Origin: an uncultured Gemmatimonadales bacterium
GTDB lineage: Bacteria; Gemmatimonadota; Gemmatimonadetes; Gemmatimonadales; Gemmatimonadaceae
Direction of reading: 5' to 3'
DNA: 64,000 nucleotides
Assembly: GCA_963850905.1 (NCBI GenBank)
Contig: CAWKMU010000003.1
Coordinates: 1,312,001 to 1,376,000, forward strand
Shown here: positions 54,562-64,000 of the stretch, piece by piece
Position numbering within the stretch: position 1 is the first letter of the stretch
Layout: each line of letters starts with the position of its first letter
Notes under the pieces: generated by a model
Seen by the model: the letters and a program-made list of their open reading frames with translations, nothing else
Databases searched by the model: none
What the model was told of the DNA's origin: nothing
Position numbers and translations under genes: made by a program

Positions 54562-56638
54562 ATGCCGGATCCGGTTGCGTCCGCCGCCGACACGGAACTG
54601 CTCGCGCGGGTGGAACAAGTGTTGGCGCCGACGTTTGAACTCGATCACGAGATCGGTCGGGGCGGCATGGGCATCGTGTATCTGGCACGCGACAGTCGGC
54701 TCAAACGCCCGGTCGCCATCAAAGTCTTGCCGCCAGAGCTGGCGTTTCGGTCAGACATCCGGTCCCGTTTCCTGCGGGAGGCCGAGACCGCGGCACAACT
54801 ATCCCACGCCAATATCGTTCCGATCTTTACCGTCGACGAGCGCGGCGGCCTGGTGTTCTTCGTCATGGGGTATGTCGAGGGAGAAACGCTCGCGCAGCGA
54901 ATGCAGCGAGATGGCCTCATCCCCCCGGCGGAAACGCGCCGCCTGCTGACCGAGGTCGCGTCCGCCCTTGCGTACGCGCATTCCCGCGGTGTCATCCATC
55001 GCGATATCAAGCCCGACAACATTCTTCTGTCGTCCGACGGCGGTCGGGCGATGGTGACGGATTTCGGAATTGCGCGCGCGGTCAGCGCTGGATCGGGCGA
55101 CTCACGGTTGACGGCAACGGGTGTAGCGATCGGCACCCCGGCCTACATGAGCCCGGAGCAGTGCGCCGGCGACAAGGAAATTGACGGTCGCAGCGACCTC
55201 TATTCTCTGGGAGTCGTTGCCTATCAAATGTTGTGCGGGAGCCTGCCCTTTAGCGGGACGGGCACCGGCGCGTTGCTGGTCAAGCATCTCGTCTGAAAAG
55301 CCGGTGCCTGTTACGGATCGCGCACCGGACGTTCCGGCGTGGCTCGGCCGTATCACGATGCGGTTGCTCGAGAAACAGCCTGGGGACCGTTTCGGCGACG
55401 CGACCGCGCTCGTGCGCGCGCTCGAGCAAGGTGACACGGGATTTATCCCACCAGTCGCACCCACTCCGTCGGTGCCATACCCGGTGCCTCCGTCAGGTAC
55501 ACAGGACCGTGCGATGTGGGCGCCACCTGCGGCACCGCTTCCCATCGCACCGCCGGTGGCTGGCGCGATGTCGTTTGGGGCCGCGCAACCACAGGGATCG
55601 GGGCTCGCCAGCGGCGCGCCCGTATCGGAAATCGAGCGGGCTCGTTGGGACGCCGCGCCTGTCAAACGATTTCGTCGCAGCCTCACTCGCTGGGGCGCTA
55701 TCGGCGGCTTTCTGACTGTCGCATCTGTCGTCACAGCCAGCAGCGACTTGATGACGTTCGTCATCATCATCGGTGCGGTGCTTGCGCTCAAGTATGGCAA
55801 GCTTTGGAGCAATGGCTACAACTGGCGCGACGTGTTCAAGCAGCCCAGCGATCGGTTGTTCTTCGACGTCGCGGCCGAATCGATCGACAATGCGCGAGGC
55901 CTGTTCGACAAGAACAAACGCGCCGAAGTGCGGGCACGCCTGCGTCGCGGCGCCGGACGGAATGCGCAACTCCAGGCCGCGGCGGCCGCAGGTCCGCTCG
56001 CGATGCCGGTGGCGCCAATGCCGCCCGCCGCGCCCATGAGTCCACCGCCTCCGGCCGCTGCACCCCCCGCGCCCCTAATCACGACTCCTCAGGACGATGG
56101 GAGCACGCTCGCGCCCGCGGAGGTGTTGAACAGCCGCCATGGCGCCATCGTGCGGCGTGCGGCGGGCGACGGCGCGGCGGTGCGTCAAGAGGTCGGGCGT
56201 CTCGGAGCAGCGGATCGCGCGTTGTTACCGGACGTCGTCGGGGTCGTGGAGGCGCTCGTCAAACGCATCGCGTCGCTCGCGACGGCCCTGCATCGGTTGG
56301 ACGGCGACCTCGCTCCCGACGCGTTGCCGGAGCTCGATAAGCAGATCGCCGCTGCCGAAGGATCGGCCGCTACTCCAGATCGCGAGCGGAAGCTCGGCCT
56401 GTTGCGTCGTCAACGAGCAACGTTACAGGACCTGGCCGATCGGCGCGCGATGTTATCGGCCCAGCTCGAGAACGCGGGGATCGTGCTCCGCAACATTCGA
56501 TTGGATCTCGTCCGACTGCGCTCGGCCGGGGTCCAGTCGGCGATCGACGACGTGGCGACAGCGACGCAGGAAGCGCGTGCCTTGTCACGTGAGATTGCGC
56601 ACGTCTTGAACGCGGCGGAAGAGCTCAAGAGCGTGTGA
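54562..56638 (+). CDS. Ser/Thr protein kinase with transmembrane hairpin and C-terminal coiled-coil, frameshifted at ~55291
   Basis: GRGGMG, VAIK, HRDIKPDN, DFG and YMSPE. KHL|SEKP join needs removal of one base. Confidence 0.9.
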
Positions 56639-57810
56639 ACGGGGCCGGGCACACGCTTGCCGCGGTGTGCACGGTCGCGGCGGCAATCGCGCAGGGCATC
56701 GCATCGCGCGACACGACGCGCTCTTCTCCGCCGGCGCGCGTCCAGCGGACGTGGGCCGCGCCGGTGCCGGATTCCCTCGCGCGGGCGCCCGCGCCCCTCA
56801 TGACCACGCCGCCGGTTGTGCACGGCCTCTACGTCAATCGTTGGGCTGCGATCGGAACCAAGGTGTGGCAGCTCATTGATCTCGCGAAGCGGACCGGGAT
56901 CAACGCGTTCGTCATCGACGTGAAGGATGACCGCGGGTTCGTGCTGTACCGCTCGCGCGTGCCGCTCGCCCACGCCATCGGTGCCGACACCGTGCGTCCC
57001 CTCACTGGGGCGCATCTTCGCGCGCTGCTGGACACGCTGCGCCTGCACGGGATCTATCCGATCGCGCGCATCGTCGTGGCCAAAGACCCGCTGCTCGCGG
57101 AGCAACGGCCCGCATGGGCGATTCGAAGCCGGCGCGATCCGAGCGTCGCGTGGCGTGACCGCCAAGGCCGCCCATGGGTGGATGCCAACCAGCGTGGCGT
57201 CTGGCAATACGCGGTCGATCTGGCGCGCGAGGCGATTGACGCGGGTTTCAGCGAGGTGCAGCTCGACTACGTCCGATTTCCGGACGACAAGCACCTGATG
57301 CGCGAGGCCGTGTTTCCGCTCGCCAACGGTCGGACGCGGGCTGCGGTCATCCGCGAGCAGCTGGGCTTTGTGCACTCCGCGCTCGCGCCTCTTGGCGTGC
57401 CGGTGACCGCGGACGTGTTTGGACTCACGGCGTCCGATACGACCGACATGGGCATCGGGCAGCGGTGGGAAATGTTCGTGGATCAGGTGGACGTGGTCCT
57501 GCCGATGAGTTACCCCTCGCACTACGCACCCGGGACGTATCACCTAGCGAACCCGAACGCGCACCCCTACGCCGTGATCGATCATACGCTGAAGGATGCC
57601 GCGCGCCGGAGCGCCAAGGTGCCAGGGTCGGCCACACTCCGCCCCTGGTATCAGGACTTTACCCTGGGCCCCCCCCACTACACCCCGGATCTGGTGCGGG
57701 CCCAGATCCAGGCGGGCTACGACAACGGCGTGCGCAGTTGGCTGCTGTGGAATCCAGGAAGTCGATACGGGGCGGAGGAACTGGAAGAGCGCGGGCGCGA
57801 CGGGCGCTAA
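56635..57810 (+). CDS. Putative glycoside hydrolase (DUF4015-like TIM barrel)
   Basis: NAFVIDVKDD.G, IARIVV.KD, EVQLDYVRFP, PMSYPSHY, RPWYQDF and LLWNP motifs. Confidence 0.8.
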   Translation: MNGAGHTLAAVCTVAAAIAQGIASRDTTRSSPPARVQRTWAAPVPDSLARAPAPLMTTPPVVHGLYVNRWAAIGTKVWQLIDLAKRTGINAFVIDVKDDRGFVLYRSRVPLAHAIGADTVRPLTGAHLRALLDTLRLHGIYPIARIVVAKDPLLAEQRPAWAIRSRRDPSVAWRDRQGRPWVDANQRGVWQYAVDLAREAIDAGFSEVQLDYVRFPDDKHLMREAVFPLANGRTRAAVIREQLGFVHSALAPLGVPVTADVFGLTASDTTDMGIGQRWEMFVDQVDVVLPMSYPSHYAPGTYHLANPNAHPYAVIDHTLKDAARRSAKVPGSATLRPWYQDFTLGPPHYTPDLVRAQIQAGYDNGVRSWLLWNPGSRYGAEELEERGRDGR

Positions 57811-57841
57811 AGCGCCCGCCGCATATCGCCCCGACGGCGGC

Positions 57842-57863
57842 AATTTGCGATGTCCATCACATT
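57842..57863. promoter_or_regulatory. CRP/FNR-family-like operator
   Basis: AATT-TGCGA-tgtcca-TCACA-TT matches TGTGA-N6-TCACA at 9/10 positions in an AT-richer intergenic stretch. Confidence 0.45.
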
Positions 57864-58041
57864 CGTGCTGGACAAAACCATCACAAAATGATAGTCGCGC
57901 CGACCCACGTAACTGCTTTCTCGTGGGCGGGTTAAATGCGGTGCGACATTCGGGGCACCCGAGCGGCCATCGGCTTGCACTAAGGCTGGGGGCTCGCCCG
58001 GCGCTCGTAGGCCGGTCCTCCCTGACGACTCGGAGCATGTT

Positions 58042-59277
58042 ATGACCGATAAGCGATCGGAAGGACACACCGATAAGCGATCGGAAGGACACCTCGACGA
58101 CAGCGGCGCACCGCTAGTCCTCTGGCCCGCCCGCACCACCCCAGCGACGCCACTGTTCGGAGTTCGCGTTCGACCCGTACCTCACGCCGATCTCCACCTC
58201 TTGAAGGGAGAGGAGGTCGCGGCGGAGGCTCGCGTGACGACCCCAGAACCCGTGCTCCGACCTCGGGTTTGGGACTTTCGACCCGGACTCGATTTTGTCC
58301 TGGGCGAGACGCTGCGTCGTGACCCGCTCGGGGTGACGTACCGCGCGCGCGACGTGAGTGGCGGGCGGGATGTTGCGGTCATGTTGTGCCATGCGGCAGC
58401 AACGCCAAGTGCGACGGCGGTCGACCGCTTCCAGGATGCGATGCTCATGGCAACCGTCGAGCATCCCGCGATCCTTCCGACGCATCGTGTGGGGCGCTGG
58501 CGGTCCCAGGTCGCAGTGGAACGGCGGCTCGTCTACGCTCCGACACTTGGCGAGGCGCTGCCGCGGGGCGTGCGCTGCGACCTCGCGCGCGCCCTCGAGG
58601 TGCTGCGGCCGATCGCCGCCGCGCTGGACGTGGCGCACGGCACGGGGGTCGTCCACGGCGACCTGCGGCCGGAGGCCATTCTGGTGACGAAGACCTCGGG
58701 GCCGCTGTTGGTGGGCTGTGGGGTCGCTGAAGGCCTCGACTTGAGCGGCGTGCTCGTCGCCACGTTGGAGCGACGCACGGAGTGGGCGTGGGGATGGCTC
58801 GAGGCCGCAGCGCCCTATCTTGCGCCGGAGCGGTGGCACGGCGGGACTCTGGACAGCCGCAGCGACCAATATGCGCTCGCGGTCATCGCATTCCGGATCC
58901 TCACTGGTGATCTGCCATTCGCGGCGGAGCACGTCGCGCGGCTGGCGGAAATGCATCGGTTCGCCGTAATCCCGCGTGCGTCGGGGTTCCGCCCCGAGCT
59001 GCCGCCCAGCGTAGACGTAGCGATTACCCGCGCGCTGGCCAAGGTCGCCGCCGAACGGTTTACGACGATGACCGCCTTCGTCGATACGCTCGCGGGGCAT
59101 CCGGTGCGTGGGCGGGTACTCACCGATCCGGGCCGAACGCGCGTTTTCCCCGAGCGGGTACTGCCAACGCCTGGTTCGGGGGAGCAGAGTCGATCAGGCC
59201 GACCCGTCCTGCTCGTCATGGCCATCGCGTGCGTCGTCGCGCTCGGTGCCGTGATTACGCTGATGCTTCGGCGGTGA
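58042..59277 (+). CDS. Degenerate Ser/Thr kinase-like protein (probable pseudokinase) with C-terminal TM helix
   Basis: Retains HP.I, HGDLRPE, YLAPE, SDQYALA and ALAK...RF but lacks the catalytic K, N and DFG. Confidence 0.8.
   Translation: MTDKRSEGHTDKRSEGHLDDSGAPLVLWPARTTPATPLFGVRVRPVPHADLHLLKGEEVAAEARVTTPEPVLRPRVWDFRPGLDFVLGETLRRDPLGVTYRARDVSGGRDVAVMLCHAAATPSATAVDRFQDAMLMATVEHPAILPTHRVGRWRSQVAVERRLVYAPTLGEALPRGVRCDLARALEVLRPIAAALDVAHGTGVVHGDLRPEAILVTKTSGPLLVGCGVAEGLDLSGVLVATLERRTEWAWGWLEAAAPYLAPERWHGGTLDSRSDQYALAVIAFRILTGDLPFAAEHVARLAEMHRFAVIPRASGFRPELPPSVDVAITRALAKVAAERFTTMTAFVDTLAGHPVRGRVLTDPGRTRVFPERVLPTPGSGEQSRSGRPVLLVMAIACVVALGAVITLMLRR
58045..58092 (+). repeat. Exact 24-bp tandem duplication
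   Basis: (ACCGATAAGCGATCGGAAGGACAC)x2, encoding TDKRSEGH twice. Confidence 0.9.
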
Positions 59278-60112
59278 GCAGTGCGCCGAGTGCCGCGGCC
59301 ACTTGTTCGGGTGATTCTTCAGGAGAAAAGTGACCGCCGGCGACCTCGAGAAAACTCGACCCCGCCAGGCGTGCGCAGAGTTGCTGGCCCGCTGACGGGG
59401 GCACGAGCACATCGCCGTGTCCGCACACAATGGCGACCGGGCGACTCGACGCCGAGACGAGCCGTGACAACTCCGCGGCCTCCGCTTGCGTCCGCTCGCC
59501 GGCCGTCAGCGCACGCAGATGGGCCAGCATGGCGGCTGCTCCCTTGGAGCCGCGAAACGGCCGGAGGTACCGATCGACGGCGGGCCCGTGGGCGGCGGCG
59601 TCCGCGTAGAGACGCACCACGCGCCGGCGGAGCGTCGCGAGGAGCATGCGGGAGGGAAGCGCACGCAGCATCGGGATGACCGTCCGCAGGACTGATGAGT
59701 GCGCGCCACCGCCCGACAGGTCCGTGACCGGGTTCACCAAAGCGAGACGACCAATCCGGTCTGAGTCCGTCGCGCACATCTCGAGTGCGATGCTGGCTCC
59801 GATGCCATGACCGGCGGCGGTGACCCGCTGGATACCTAGCACGTCGAGCAGACGTATCAAACGCCGCGCGTGGCCAGCGACGGACAGATCGCTGCCTGGT
59901 CTGCCCGATTGCGGGGGATCGCTACGGCCAAAGCCGAGCAAATCCGGTACGACGACGCGGTAACCCGGGGGAACCAATGGCACGGTACGCGACCAGAGGA
60001 ACGACGAGGTCGGGAATCCGTGCACGAGCAGCAGCGGCTCACCCGCTCCTCGGGTGCCGCCAGCGTAGTAGTACAGCCGTGCTCCGCCAACATCGATGAA
60101 TTCGCCCCGCAC
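59255..60112 (-). CDS. Alpha/beta-fold hydrolase (haloalkane dehalogenase/epoxide hydrolase-like)
   Basis: VHGFPTSSFLW, PDLLGFGRSD and GGHFSPEE. Nucleophile elbow reads GHGIG. Confidence 0.85.
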   Translation of the reverse strand: MRGEFIDVGGARLYYYAGGTRGAGEPLLLVHGFPTSSFLWSRTVPLVPPGYRVVVPDLLGFGRSDPPQSGRPGSDLSVAGHARRLIRLLDVLGIQRVTAAGHGIGASIALEMCATDSDRIGRLALVNPVTDLSGGGAHSSVLRTVIPMLRALPSRMLLATLRRRVVRLYADAAAHGPAVDRYLRPFRGSKGAAAMLAHLRALTAGERTQAEAAELSRLVSASSRPVAIVCGHGDVLVPPSAGQQLCARLAGSSFLEVAGGHFSPEESPEQVAAALGALLTAEASA

Positions 60113-60147
60113 GACCGTTCTGACCTCTAGCGAGCGGCTGCAAGAAT

Positions 60148-61368
60148 ATGCTAAAGTTACGCGTGACCGTGCCTCCCCCTAGCTCATCCTCTTCCGCGTC
60201 ACAGCCTCCAGCCGGTCCGACCCCTCCACCTGCAGCAGTCGCGGCACAGCCCACGCCTGTGCCGCCCGGTCCCGCGCCGCTACCGCCCCCACCGGCGGGC
60301 CCAGTCCAATTTGGACTAGACTGGCTGCTGATCCATGGATCGCCCCCGGTGCAATACCGGGCGATGGTCGACGTCGCCCGCCTGGCTCCTCCTCGCGCCG
60401 GGGATCTGCCCTACGCGTGGGCGCCGGCGCTCAGGCTCGCGATGACACAGCAGGCGGATGGCCGGTGGGGGAAAACGATGCTCGGCGTCCCGTCGGTGCG
60501 CGCCGAGCACTACGAAGGTGTCGGGACGATATCGGCCGTGCGGCGGCTGTTGGAATACGGCTGGGATCGTGAGTCGCCGCCGCTCGTCCGCGTGCGCCGT
60601 CTGCTCTTCCGCATGCTCGCCGAAGACGATGATCCCGCGTACCTGTTCGAGTTTGCGGTCAAAAGCAAAGCGGAGGAGGAGGCCGCCCGGCGAGGACGCG
60701 CGATCCTCCGCGAGGCGGCCGCGAGCGCCCTCGCGCAGGCAGGCTATGAGGGAGATCCTCGGTTGCGGGGTGCCGCCCGGCGTATCCTCGACCGGATCAA
60801 CGCCTACCTGAAGTCGCCGATGGCGCAGAAGCCGTGGGTGCGCGTCGGCAATCGGCAGGTGCTCGCGCACGAAGCCAGTCCGCCATCGATCTTCGCGCTG
60901 ACAATGCTCGCCTACATGCCGTTCTTCCGCAGCGAGCATCACGAGCACGTGGAGCGGCTGTACACGTTTCTGACGCAGCCGTTGCCGCGCCAAGAGTCTG
61001 CGCAGCTCATTGGGGGCGCGATCGTGGCACAACCTCAGCTCGTGCTGGGAGACCTGCTCCCGCATCGAAATGCGGTCGATGCTGATGTCCCGGCGGCACT
61101 GATGTGGCTCGAGCTCATGGCGCGGCTTGGCTTTCTGCGCCGCAACGAGAACTGGTCGAAGCTCCTCGACCGATTTGTCGACGATTGCGACCGCAGTGGC
61201 GTCTGGCACCCGCACAAGGGCATGGCGATGCCACGGACGGCGAGCCCCTACGTCTGGCCGATGTTTCCCCTCGAGGAGCCGGGTGCCGGCGAGGAACGCT
61301 GGGCCGATGTGACTCTGCGGATCGGCGTCATCGCTCGCGCCGCGGGTCGGACGATCGAGCTGGCATAG
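60148..61368 (+). CDS. Hypothetical alpha-helical protein (possible alpha/alpha-toroid, prenyltransferase-like)
   Basis: 406-aa ORF with QQADGRW and DRSGVW QW-like motifs and a Pro-rich N-terminus. Confidence 0.65.
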   Translation: MLKLRVTVPPPSSSSSASQPPAGPTPPPAAVAAQPTPVPPGPAPLPPPPAGPVQFGLDWLLIHGSPPVQYRAMVDVARLAPPRAGDLPYAWAPALRLAMTQQADGRWGKTMLGVPSVRAEHYEGVGTISAVRRLLEYGWDRESPPLVRVRRLLFRMLAEDDDPAYLFEFAVKSKAEEEAARRGRAILREAAASALAQAGYEGDPRLRGAARRILDRINAYLKSPMAQKPWVRVGNRQVLAHEASPPSIFALTMLAYMPFFRSEHHEHVERLYTFLTQPLPRQESAQLIGGAIVAQPQLVLGDLLPHRNAVDADVPAALMWLELMARLGFLRRNENWSKLLDRFVDDCDRSGVWHPHKGMAMPRTASPYVWPMFPLEEPGAGEERWADVTLRIGVIARAAGRTIELA

Positions 61369-61446
61369 GGGCGCGGGAGTCAGCGGACGGGGGCGCGGGG
61401 ACCAACACGACGAACAACACCGGATTAATGACGCCGACGCCACAGT

Positions 61447-61585
61447 GGGCGGCCTGAAGGCCGCCCCTACATGGCGGCGGGCCGGTGAGAGATCCGGGCG
61501 CCCATCGGGCGCACGCCAGCGATGTCGACGAATTCCGATCTGGCGCCGCCCGCAGCAACATGTAGGGGCGGGCTTCAGCCCGCCC
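61447..61585. repeat. Pair of inverted GTAG-type REP elements
   Basis: GGGCGGCCTGAAGGCCGCCCCTACA (61447-61471) and TGTAGGGGCGGGCTTCAGCCCGCCC (61561-61585). Confidence 0.75.
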
Positions 61586-61787
61586 GGGCTAACCCGGTCG
61601 CCGTTGCTGGACCCTGACCCCTACAACCCGACCCCTGCTGTTCCGCCCTTTGGATCGTCATAAAAGGGAGCTACGTTACACAGACGGGACTGCAGCGGCC
61701 GCCAAGCGGGCGATCCGCCCCCGTGGAGCCGATTCCTACCCGCGTGAGGACATTGGCTCGAGCAAGGTGCCAAATTCTCACAGTGTC

Positions 61788-62951
61788 ATGGAATCGACAA
61801 TAGAAGACGGAACGATCTCGTTCGCCGAGCTGGGCCTCATGCCCGAGCTCCTCGCAGCGGTGCGCGACGCCGGTTACGCACACCCCACGCCGATCCAGCG
61901 GGACGCGATCCCGCTCGCCCTCAAAGGACGCGACCTGATCGGGCTCGCACAGACCGGTACCGGCAAGACCGCCGCGTTCACCTTACCCATTCTGCAGCGC
62001 TTGGTCGGCGGACCGCGGCGCACGCGCGTGCTCGTGCTGACGCCGACGCGTGAGCTCGCGGCCCAGGTCGAAGAGAGCTTCCTGAAATACGGTCGGCACA
62101 CACAGATCGCGATCACAGCCGTATACGGCGGTGTGCCGATCGATCCGCAAGAGCGCGCCCTCAGGCGCGGCGTGGATGTGATCGTGGCGACGCCGGGGCG
62201 CTTACTCGACCATCTGGAACGACAGAACGTCGCGCTCGACGATCTCGAGGTGCTCGTCCTGGACGAGGCGGATCGTATGCTCGACATGGGGTTTGCGCCG
62301 CAAATCAATCGGGTCGTGGCGCAAGTGTCGCCGTACCGGCAGACGCTGCTCTTCAGCGCGACGATGCCTGCCGAGGTCGAGGCCCTGGCGCGCAAATACC
62401 TGCGGAAGCCGCTCGTCGTGCAGGTCGGCCGACGCTCAGAGGCAGCAGATACCGTTGCGCACGCGGTGTATCCTGTGCCCCGCGATCGCAAGAGCGCCTT
62501 GCTTGTGGAGTTGCTGCGGAAGGACGGGATGGACTCTGTGTTGATTTTCACACGCACCAAGCATGGCGCTGATCGAGTGGTCCGGCACCTGGAGCGTGCG
62601 GGGATTGCCGCGACGGCGCTGCATGCGGACAAGACGCAGTCGCAGCGGACGCGGGCGCTGGATGAGTTCCGCAACGGCGGGATTCGCGTACTCGTTGCAA
62701 CGGACATCGCCCAACGTGGGCTCGACGTCTCGGGAATCACGCATGTGATCAACTACGATGTGCCGCAGCAGGCCGAGGACTACGTGCACCGCATCGGCCG
62801 AACGGGGCGCGCGGCACAGACGGGCGACGCGTTCACGTTCATGTCCACGGACGAGATCGCAATGGTGCGCACGATCGAGCGGATGCTCGGCCAACCCATT
62901 CCACGTATTTCGGTGCCCGGGTACGACTTCGGTACCGTTGCGGCCGACTGA
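61788..62951 (+). CDS. DEAD-box RNA helicase (RhlE-like)
   Basis: Q motif, AQTGTGKT, PTRELA, TPGRL, DEAD, SAT and HRIGRTGR. Confidence 0.96.
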   Translation: MESTIEDGTISFAELGLMPELLAAVRDAGYAHPTPIQRDAIPLALKGRDLIGLAQTGTGKTAAFTLPILQRLVGGPRRTRVLVLTPTRELAAQVEESFLKYGRHTQIAITAVYGGVPIDPQERALRRGVDVIVATPGRLLDHLERQNVALDDLEVLVLDEADRMLDMGFAPQINRVVAQVSPYRQTLLFSATMPAEVEALARKYLRKPLVVQVGRRSEAADTVAHAVYPVPRDRKSALLVELLRKDGMDSVLIFTRTKHGADRVVRHLERAGIAATALHADKTQSQRTRALDEFRNGGIRVLVATDIAQRGLDVSGITHVINYDVPQQAEDYVHRIGRTGRAAQTGDAFTFMSTDEIAMVRTIERMLGQPIPRISVPGYDFGTVAAD

Positions 62952-62976
62952 CAACTCGAACGAGCAGGAGCTTCTG

Positions 62977-63195
62977 GTGACGATCACGATCGAATACTGC
63001 GTCGTCTGAAACTACACGCCCCGGGCTACCAGTTTGGCGGCCGAGATCCGCGCGCAATTTCCCGACGCGGAGGTGAAGTTGATCCCGTCGAAAGGCGGAC
63101 GGTTTGAAGTGCTGCGCGACGGGGTGCCGGTGTTCGAGAAATCGAAGCTTGGGCGGCACGCGCAGCCGGGGGAGATCGTGAAGCTCCTGGGCTAA
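62977..63195 (+). CDS. Rdx/SelW-SelT-SelH family selenoprotein (CxxU, Sec at TGA 63007-63009)
   Basis: Reading through TGA gives MTITIEYCVVUNYTPRATSLAAEIRAQFPDAEVKLIPSKGGRFEVLRDGVPVFEKSKLGRHAQPGEIVKLLG (72 aa). AGGAG RBS upstream. Confidence 0.9.
63024..63042 (+). promoter_or_regulatory. Candidate bacterial SECIS hairpin
   Basis: GGCUACCA-GUU-UGGCGGCC stem-loop starting 15 nt after the UGA, with G at the start of the loop. Confidence 0.55.
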
Positions 63196-63374
63196 CGGTC
63201 CCGGCCCAAGATGCCGACGATGCACTCTAACTACTGTTGCCACTTACATTTGGGCAGTCATATCGCCTCCGTCGGCCACGGCTGAGTGTGGCATTTGGCC
63301 CGTCTCGGGGCTACCGTATGCCCCTCCAAAGGGGTCGAGTGGACCGCACCCCCCGTTTTGGGGTATCGAGACCG

Positions 63375-64000
63375 ATGCACCCGCGCAGGAGCGCACGAGC
63401 TGTCCGGCCTGCACAGGCACCCTGTCATGCCGGTACCCGCCTCATTGTTGTGGTGGCGGTCGGCTGCGCGTTGCTGGGAAGTGGCGCCCCGCTCTCGGGG
63501 CAAGCGACCGCCGTGCGGGTCACACCTGATGGCGCCAATGGGCAGCCCAGCGTCCAACGCTCCTCGAGCGGGCGGGGCTACGGGCCGCCGGGGTCGCTTG
63601 GTCGCGACGCGTCCAGCGCAGCCATCCCCGCCCAAGTATGCGCCACCTGGCGGCATGTGTCGGGTCTGGGTACAAGGAGTGCCTCCAGCGCAGCAGCCGG
63701 CGCCGACACAATGCGCCAAGGCGGTGCGCGTGCACTCGCCGAACTCGCAAGTCGTGTTTGGCCCCTCGCGTTCCGGCACGGTGGTGCCCGCGCCACAACC
63801 GCATCCTGGCGTCGTGGGTGTGGGTGGTGAGCATGTCGGCGCCGAGAGCGCACCACTGCCACATCCTGACCCAATCGGGGAGTCAGGCCCGGCGAAGACG
63901 ACAAGTCCGGAAGCGCCGGCGAAGGATCCCGTCAATACGACTCCGCACGGATCGACCACGCATCACAACCCGCCTCCGCCACATATCCCGCACATCGCCG
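63375..64000 (+). CDS. Partial secreted hypothetical protein, frameshifted at ~63633
   Basis: Signal-like IVVVAVGCALLG. After a +1 correction it continues as YAPPGGMCRVWVQGVPPAQQPAPTQC and runs off the window. Confidence 0.55.

Noticed and set aside
55294..55296. In-frame TGA in the kinase as possible selenocysteine or readthrough
   Set aside because: The protein continues in a different frame, so this is a frameshift, and the position is not a Cys site.
58045..58092. 24-bp direct repeat as a possible CRISPR
   Set aside because: Only two abutting copies, no spacer and no cas genes.
61650..61787. Possible riboswitch in the helicase leader
   Set aside because: Only short GC stems; no recognisable aptamer consensus.

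Overview
High-GC bacterial chromosomal window. The gene repertoire (Hanks-type kinases, carboxypeptidase-regulatory/TonB-plug protein, fused E1 alpha/beta, ECF-ZAS-PDZ module) suggests Gemmatimonadota; this is an inference, not a search result. It is mostly housekeeping and metabolic genes: ispH, rnd, greA, glpD, fadIJ, proline dehydrogenase, rsgA, nadE, PBP1A, lon and a DEAD-box helicase. Four things stand out. (1) A divergently split PQQ locus: an unannotated 24-aa pqqA plus pqqB face one way, while an ECF sigma/ZAS anti-sigma pair heads a tightly packed pqqCDE-hybrid histidine kinase-bioFADB-pdxH run facing the other. (2) A CxxU Rdx/SelW selenoprotein with a SECIS-like hairpin, missed by the ORF track. 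(3) A family of ~95-170 bp palindromic intergenic elements with related hairpin cores but interchangeable 7-mer tandem-repeat arms, several carrying the stop codons of the flanking genes. (4) About 12 frameshifts, mostly +1 insertions, in otherwise intact genes, probably sequencing errors. No rRNA, tRNA, CRISPR array or transposase was recognised.
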